A DNA stretch of 64,000 nucleotides, from the NCBI GenBank assembly GCA_903831085.1, contig CAIKWE010000003.1, forward strand, positions 23,468-87,467, given 5' to 3'. Below, piece by piece: positions 58,449-64,000 of the stretch (its first letter is position 1; the number at the start of each line of letters is the position of its first letter). A model generated the notes under the pieces. It was not told the DNA's origin, made no database searches, and saw nothing but the letters and a program-made list of their open reading frames with translations. Both the position numbers and the translations under genes were made by a program. Source of the DNA: an uncultured Verrucomicrobiota bacterium. Lineage in GTDB: Bacteria; Verrucomicrobiota; Kiritimatiellia; Kiritimatiellales; Tichowtungiaceae.

Positions 58449-61121
58449 TCAGGCGGACAGCGTTTCGATCAGCTTCTGGAGTTTTTCGCGTTTTTCAAGC
58501 AGCTCGCCTTTACGCTTCTCTTCACCGGCAACGACGTCGGCAGGCGCCTTGCTCATGAACCCGGCGTTGGAAAGTTTTTTGACGATTCCGGTGATGCCGT
58601 TCTCGACGATCTCAATCTGCTTTTTCAGCTTCTTGATCTCGGCATCGGTGTCCACCAGTCCTTCGATGGACATATACACTGTGCCAAGTTGGCTGATGCC
58701 GCTGGGCATCGCGCCTTCCGGCGTGAAGTCGCGGTCGATCCCGATGGATTCCGCGCCGAGCAGTGACGAAACCGACGCGATGTCCTCGCGGAGCAGTTTA
58801 CCGGTGCGTTCCTGCGCCGGACGGATATAAAACTTCGCCTGTTGTTTCGGCGTGAGGTTGTAGTCGGTGCGCAAAGTACGGCCGACGCGGATCAAGTCGT
58901 GCTTGGCATCCACATAATCAACCGTTTCACGTTTCACGCCCCACGCACTCAGGTCTTCATAGGAAAGCGCCTTCGGCCACGGCGCGGTTTGAATGGACTC
59001 GCAGGAACCGTTATATCCCATGCCGTGCCACAGCTCTTCGGTGATGAACGGGATAAACGGATGCAGCAGACGGATGGCGCTGGAGAAAACATAGTGCATC
59101 ACCTGCTCGACTTCCTGTTTGCGCTGCGCGTCTTCGCCGCGGAACACGCTCTTCGAATATTCGACGTACCAGTCGCAGTAGTGATGCCACATGAAGTCGT
59201 ACATCGCCAGCGAGGCATCGTTGAAGCGGCAGCGCGCCAGATTATCCTCGGTGTTGCGGACGGCTTCGCTCAGCTTGGCGAGAATATGCTGATCGTCCGG
59301 ACTGAGCGTCATCTTGCTGAAATCAATCTTATCGGGATCGATCGGCGCGCCGGTGGCGTTCATCTGCATAAAGCGCGCGGCGTTCCAGATCTTGGTGCAG
59401 AAGTTGCGACCCAACTCAAATTTTTCGTCACTGATATAAACGTCCTGCCCCGTCGCGGTCAGCATCATCAGACTGAAGCGCAGCGCGTCGGCGCTGTATT
59501 TATCGATGATGTTAAGCGGATCGATCGAGTTGCCGAGACTCTTGCTCATCTTGCGGCCCTGATCGTCGCGCACGGTGCCGTGGATATAAACCGTGTCGAA
59601 CGGAATCTTATCCATGAACTCCATGCCCGCCATAATCATACGCGCCACCCAGAAGAAAATAATTTCCGAAGCGGTCACCAGTGTTTTGGTCGGGTAAAAA
59701 TGTTTCAGATCAGCGGTCTGCTCCGGCCAGCCGAATACGCTGAACGGCCAGAGCCACGACGAAAACCAGGTATCAAGAACGTCTTCGTCCTGACGAATGT
59801 CCTTCACGCCGCAAACCGGACAGCTTCCGGGAACTTCCCGCGCCGCCCATTCATGGCCGCAGGCATCGCAGTAGAACACCGGAATGCGGTGGCCCCACCA
59901 GATCTGACGCGAAATGCACCAGTCGCGGATGTTTTCCATCCAGTCGAGATACACCTTGTTCCAGCGCTCCGGCACAAACTTGATGCGGCCGTCGCGTACC
60001 GCTTCGATGGCAGGCTTGGCCAGCGGCTTCATGTTGACGAACCACTGCGGTGACAAGCGAGGTTCGACAACCGTCGCACAGCGGTAGCAGTGACCAACCG
60101 AGTGCATGTGCTTGTCGATCTTCTCCATCAGCCCGCCGTGCTTCAGGTCTTCGACCAGCTGTTTGCGGCAGTCGAACCGGTCCAGTCCGGCGTACGGCCC
60201 GGCGGCTTCATTCATCACGCCGTGATCGTCCATCACATTGATCGGCGTCAGCTTGTGGCGCAGACCGATTTCAAAGTCGTTCGGATCATGCGCCGGCGTC
60301 ACCTTAACACAACCGGTTCCAAAGCTCGGATCGACAAACTCGTCGGCGACGACCGGAATTTCTCTTCCAAGGATTGGAAGAATCAGCGTCTTGCCGACCA
60401 GGTCGCTGTAGCGTTTATCGCGCGGGCTGACGGCGACAGCCACGTCGCCGAGCATCGTTTCCGGACGCGTAGTGGCGACCGTGATCTTACGCTTTTCGTC
60501 TTTGACGGTGTAGCGGATGTAATACAGCGCGCCCTCGGTCTCGACGTGTTCACTCTCTTCATCGGAAAGCGCGGTGGTGCAGCGCGAGCACCAGTTGATG
60601 ATGCGGTTGCCGCGGTAAATCAGTCCCTTGTCATACAGACGGCAGAAAACTTCCAGAACGGCTTTGCTCAAACCCTCGTCCATCGTGAAGCGCTCGCGCT
60701 CCCAGTCGCAGGACGAGCCGAGCTTCTTGAGCTGGCTGACAATCGTGCTGCCGTACTCCTCTTTCCACGTCCAGACTTCCTTCAAAAATTCATCGCGCGA
60801 AAGGTCGTGGCGGCTCTTGCATTCTTTAGCCAGCTTGCGCTCGACCACGTTCTGCGTCGCGATACCGGCGTGGTCGGTGCCCGGCACCCACAGCGCATTC
60901 TTGCCCTGCATGCGCTGCCAGCGGATCAGCACGTCCTGAATCGTGTTATTCAGCGCGTGGCCCATGTGCAAAATACCGGTCACGTTCGGCGGCGGAATGA
61001 CAATCGTCCACGGCTCTTTGCTCGCGTCCGGCTTCGCGCTGAAGGCTTTCTCCTCCAGCCACTTCGCATACCACTTCGCCTCAACGCCGGCGGGTTCATA
61101 ATTCTTCGGTAACTCAGCCAT
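58449..61121 (-). CDS. valS: Valyl-tRNA synthetase
   Basis: PPPNVTGILHMGH (HIGH-type), DWCISRQIWWGH, KMSKS, C-terminal coiled coil. Confidence 0.98.
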   Translation of the reverse strand: MAELPKNYEPAGVEAKWYAKWLEEKAFSAKPDASKEPWTIVIPPPNVTGILHMGHALNNTIQDVLIRWQRMQGKNALWVPGTDHAGIATQNVVERKLAKECKSRHDLSRDEFLKEVWTWKEEYGSTIVSQLKKLGSSCDWERERFTMDEGLSKAVLEVFCRLYDKGLIYRGNRIINWCSRCTTALSDEESEHVETEGALYYIRYTVKDEKRKITVATTRPETMLGDVAVAVSPRDKRYSDLVGKTLILPILGREIPVVADEFVDPSFGTGCVKVTPAHDPNDFEIGLRHKLTPINVMDDHGVMNEAAGPYAGLDRFDCRKQLVEDLKHGGLMEKIDKHMHSVGHCYRCATVVEPRLSPQWFVNMKPLAKPAIEAVRDGRIKFVPERWNKVYLDWMENIRDWCISRQIWWGHRIPVFYCDACGHEWAAREVPGSCPVCGVKDIRQDEDVLDTWFSSWLWPFSVFGWPEQTADLKHFYPTKTLVTASEIIFFWVARMIMAGMEFMDKIPFDTVYIHGTVRDDQGRKMSKSLGNSIDPLNIIDKYSADALRFSLMMLTATGQDVYISDEKFELGRNFCTKIWNAARFMQMNATGAPIDPDKIDFSKMTLSPDDQHILAKLSEAVRNTEDNLARCRFNDASLAMYDFMWHHYCDWYVEYSKSVFRGEDAQRKQEVEQVMHYVFSSAIRLLHPFIPFITEELWHGMGYNGSCESIQTAPWPKALSYEDLSAWGVKRETVDYVDAKHDLIRVGRTLRTDYNLTPKQQAKFYIRPAQERTGKLLREDIASVSSLLGAESIGIDRDFTPEGAMPSGISQLGTVYMSIEGLVDTDAEIKKLKKQIEIVENGITGIVKKLSNAGFMSKAPADVVAGEEKRKGELLEKREKLQKLIETLSA

Positions 61122-61133
61122 AAGAAATCTCCA

Positions 61134-61195
61134 TGGAACGGTGGAATAAAGGAATGTTGGAATATTGGCGTAAATTCGCGTTCATTCGCCGGTTT
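61134..61195. repeat. Short periodic low-complexity tract upstream of valS
   Basis: 8-nt units TGGAACGG TGGAATAA AGGAATGT TGGAATAT, then ATTCGCGTTCATTCGCCG. Confidence 0.55.
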
Positions 61196-61406
61196 TGTAT
61201 TCGCCCGGTTCTTCCGCAACCTTCAGCTCCGCATCGCCGTTGCGCTTTTCCGTCAGTCGGCGGTACATCGGACCCAGAATTGGATCCGATAAAATCTCGC
61301 GCTTCATTTTCTTTTTTTGCTCCGCCAAGGTCAGTCCGGCATACTCCGCCTGCAACTTGCGCTGAATTTCATTTTTCATTTCAACACAATCAAATGTCTT
61401 TTTCAT
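61182..61406 (-). CDS. Small hypothetical protein, putative partner (antitoxin-like) of the PIN protein
   Basis: MKKTFDCVEMKNEIQ...; GGAGGTG SD upstream of ATG 61406; overlaps the PIN gene end. Confidence 0.6.
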   Translation of the reverse strand: MKKTFDCVEMKNEIQRKLQAEYAGLTLAEQKKKMKREILSDPILGPMYRRLTEKRNGDAELKVAEEPGEYKTGE

Positions 61407-61857
61407 AACCGACCACCTCCTGTGGACTGCGAATGTCAATTTGACCGTAGCCTTTCAATACATTGATTGCATTATAGGCCTTAATCTTATCAAAGTGAAC
61501 GATATGCTTGAAATTCCAGCTAACCAGCAAATCAACCTCTGCAACGCTTGCTACTGCAATATGCTCAGCATCATTCAGGCTCGATTTACCTAGAATTCCA
61601 GCCTCTAAATACGAATCTCGTAAAACTGTGATTTCATCGGTTAAACCAACGGATTCCACATGATCTTCCAGGTCAAAAAGAACTCTCTTTACTTCCTCAC
61701 GAGCCCGGCTGACTTCCATCACAATCCGCTCAGAAACGACAACATTAAACCGTCCGGCTCTTACCTCATCAAAAAACTGACAGCTCGCTTTATCGAATCC
61801 TTCGTCAAAGCATCCGCCGAACACCGACGTATCAACAAACACTCTTAATTTCCGCAT
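61390..61857 (-). CDS. PIN-domain nuclease (VapC-like)
   Basis: VFVDTSVFGG, NDAEHIAVAS, LVSWNFKH; visibly AT-richer than flanks. Confidence 0.8.
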   Translation of the reverse strand: MRKLRVFVDTSVFGGCFDEGFDKASCQFFDEVRAGRFNVVVSERIVMEVSRAREEVKRVLFDLEDHVESVGLTDEITVLRDSYLEAGILGKSSLNDAEHIAVASVAEVDLLVSWNFKHIVHFDKIKAYNAINVLKGYGQIDIRSPQEVVGYEKDI

Positions 61858-61891
61858 GATTCAGCCTTGCCGTTTTCCAACCATTGGAAAA

Positions 61892-63481
61892 TTACTTCTT
61901 CGCTTTTTCCTCTTCGAGGAACAGCTTGTACTCCACGCTGTCGACCAGCGCTTCCCACGACGCTTCGATGATATTTTCCGAAACGCCGACCGTGCCCCAC
62001 GTCTTCACGCCGTCGCTCGACTCGATCAGCACGCGGGTTTTGGCCGCAGTCGCCTCTTCGGGATCGAGGATGCGCACCGAGTAGTCGATCAGCGCGACAT
62101 CGGCGATCACCGGATAAAACTTCACCAGCGCGTCACGCAACGCATGGTTCAGCGCATCGACCGGGCCGTCGCCTGTGCCGGTAGCCGAAACATTCTCGCC
62201 GTTGACACTCAGTTTCACATTCGCTTCGGAACGGCAACCGGTGCCCGCGCCCTGCTTATCGACCGTGACGCTGAAACTCTTCAGGTCAAAGAAGGACTGA
62301 TGCTTTTTGAGCACCTTCTTGATCAGCATCTGGAACGACGCGTCGGCCGACTCATATTCGTAGCCGTCCTTCTCCATCTGCTCGAGCTGCTTGAGCACCT
62401 CGCGCACTTCCGGCGACTTACGGTCGAGTTCCAGCCCCATCTCGATGGCTTTCAGAAACACATTGCTCGCGCCCGACAGCTCAGAGATCAGGATGCGGCG
62501 GCTGTTGCCGACCGCTTCGGGGTTAACATGCTCAAAACTGCGCGACACCTTGCGCACGCCGTCCACATGCATCCCCGCCTTATGGGCAAACGCGCTGTCG
62601 CCGACAAACGCCTGCTTGGTATAGGCGCGCATATTGGCCTGCTCATAAACAAACTGCGAAAGCGCGCGAAGCTGCTTGAGATTGTCCGCCTTCGTCAGGC
62701 AGGCGCATCCCATCTTCAGCATCAGGTTAGGTATCGCTGAACTCAAATTGCAATTGCCGACCCGCTCGCCGATCCCGTTGATCGTCCCCTGCACATGAAC
62801 CGCGCCGACGTCTACAGCGGCCAGCGCGTTGGCCACGCCCAGCTCGCCGTCGTTATGCGTATGGATGCCGACCGGCGTCTTAAACGCCTTGATCACCGTG
62901 GCAGTGATTTCCGCCACTTCGTGCGGAAGCGCGCCGCCGTTCGTTTCGCACAGAACAAGACAGTCGGCTCCGGCGTCCGCCGCCGCTTTGAGCGCGGACA
63001 TCGCGTATTCCGGGCTGTCTTTGTAGCCGTCGAAAAAATGCTCGGCATCGTAGATCACCTCTTTGCCGTGCGCTTTCAGAAACCGGACGCTATCAGCGAT
63101 CATCGCCAGATTTTCTTCGGCGGTTGTCTGAAGCACTTCGGTCACATGCAAAAGCCAGCTCTTGCCGAAGATCGTGCAAACGGGCGTATCGGCCTCCAGC
63201 AGCGCGGCGAGACCTTTGTCCTCTTCCGGCTTAATGTTCGCGCGGCGGGTCGAACCGAATGCGGCGACCTTGGCGTTCTTGAGGGTCTCCTTCTTAATCA
63301 GGCGGAAAAACTCCATGTCTTTGGGATTGGACGCGGCGAACCCGCCTTCAATGTAGGCGAGGCCGAACTCGTCGAGACGTTTGGCAACCTGCACTTTGGC
63401 GACGGCGGAAAAGGAAACTCCCTCCGCCTGTGCGCCGTCGCGCAGCGTCGTGTCATAGATGGCTATCTTTTTCGTACTCAT
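61892..63481 (-). CDS. cimA: Citramalate synthase (IPMS family)
   Basis: Start reassigned to ATG 63481; YDTTLRDGAQ, YDAEHFFDG, HTHND, AHKAGMH, GVSENIIEASW.AL.D. Confidence 0.92.
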   Translation of the reverse strand: MSTKKIAIYDTTLRDGAQAEGVSFSAVAKVQVAKRLDEFGLAYIEGGFAASNPKDMEFFRLIKKETLKNAKVAAFGSTRRANIKPEEDKGLAALLEADTPVCTIFGKSWLLHVTEVLQTTAEENLAMIADSVRFLKAHGKEVIYDAEHFFDGYKDSPEYAMSALKAAADAGADCLVLCETNGGALPHEVAEITATVIKAFKTPVGIHTHNDGELGVANALAAVDVGAVHVQGTINGIGERVGNCNLSSAIPNLMLKMGCACLTKADNLKQLRALSQFVYEQANMRAYTKQAFVGDSAFAHKAGMHVDGVRKVSRSFEHVNPEAVGNSRRILISELSGASNVFLKAIEMGLELDRKSPEVREVLKQLEQMEKDGYEYESADASFQMLIKKVLKKHQSFFDLKSFSVTVDKQGAGTGCRSEANVKLSVNGENVSATGTGDGPVDALNHALRDALVKFYPVIADVALIDYSVRILDPEEATAAKTRVLIESSDGVKTWGTVGVSENIIEASWEALVDSVEYKLFLEEEKAKK

Positions 63482-63615
63482 GGTTTTCCCCGATGGAATA
63501 GAAGGCAGGAAAGATATACGACCCCCCCGCAGATTTAAAGCCTTCACCGGCCCTTTTTTCGGGGGAATTTAACCGCTGGAGCATATTCAAAAATTTTGTG
63601 GCCGTCTGCTTCTTC

Positions 63616-63671
63616 TGTAGGTGCGGCCGGTGGCCGCGCTCTTTCTTCCGCGGTCACCGACCGCGGCTACA
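63616..63671. repeat. GTAG-type REP-like inverted repeat
   Basis: TGTAGGTGCGGCCGGTGGCCGCG versus reverse complement of right arm TGTAGCCGCGGTCGGTGACCGCG. Confidence 0.75.
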
Positions 63672-63734
63672 GTTCAGATAAAAATGCTCTAACTGGACGC
63701 TAATCGACGCAAATGGGTTCCAGATATTGGAAAT

Positions 63735-63814
63735 GTGGAAACGGCTTCCTGCGGCGGGGCGAAGCTCTATGCGAAGACCGCAGCCGCTGGCCAGAGGCAG
63801 GATGCCTCTTCCAC
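63735..63814. repeat. GTGG..CCAC REP-like inverted repeat
   Basis: GTGGAAACGGCTTCCTGC versus reverse complement of right arm GTGGAAGAGGCATCCTGC. Confidence 0.6.
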
Positions 63815-63945
63815 CTTAAAATCTTTACCGCCCGCGACACCTGCCCGCAGTGCTACAGCGTTGCAGGCGGGAGACACCAAGGCCGCAAAGATAATCCCCT
63901 CGGCCGAAGGACGGGGTGGGTATTTCCAATGCTTGGAAACAGAGA

Positions 63946-64000
63946 GCGCCCGGTGAGGTCACCGGGCCTACAAAAGATCCGTCATCTGTAGGCCGGGCGC
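63946..64000. repeat. GTAG-type REP-like units (second unit truncated by the window end)
   Basis: CCCGGTGA-gg-TCACCGGG-CCTACA, then TGTAGGCCGGGCGC. Confidence 0.65.

Noticed and set aside
61133-61408. 91-aa + strand ORF MERWNKGMLEYW
   Set aside because: Derived from the periodic repeat tract and antisense to the small PIN partner gene.
63713-63991. ORFs 63713-63991 and 63735-63956, or an ncRNA
   Set aside because: Translations are composed of repeat-derived peptides; no 6S, tmRNA, RNase P or tRNA hallmarks recognised.

Overview
A 64-kb bacterial chromosomal window. The gene style resembles PVC-superphylum/Kiritimatiellota genomes, but that is an unverified impression. Left end: partial dnaG, cvpA, an NrdR-box-preceded class III ribonucleotide reductase operon (nrdD, a small CxxC redoxin, nrdG), a PL6-type lyase, a DUF619-type acetylglutamate synthase and recO. 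Centre (~9.6-46.4 kb): a large surface-glycan locus with CDP-sugar and GDP-heptose pathways, methyl/acyl/aminotransferases, five GT-C-like membrane proteins mostly sitting next to GT2 enzymes, a flippase and an embedded DUF2961/GH172 lipoprotein. Right part: housekeeping genes (uup, thrS-infC with an AUU start, lipA, valS, cimA), a PIN cassette and several REP-like palindromes. The most striking unexplained signal is a 15-bp gapped palindrome, TTCCA-N5-TGGAA. I found 19 perfect and about 15 near-perfect copies by eye, versus about 0.06 perfect copies expected. It lies both between genes and inside coding sequence in all three reading frames, often in pairs, like a HIP1/DUS-type genome-wide signal. 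No rRNA, tRNA, CRISPR array, transposase or integrase was recognised. All assignments come from motif recognition by eye; no database searches were run.
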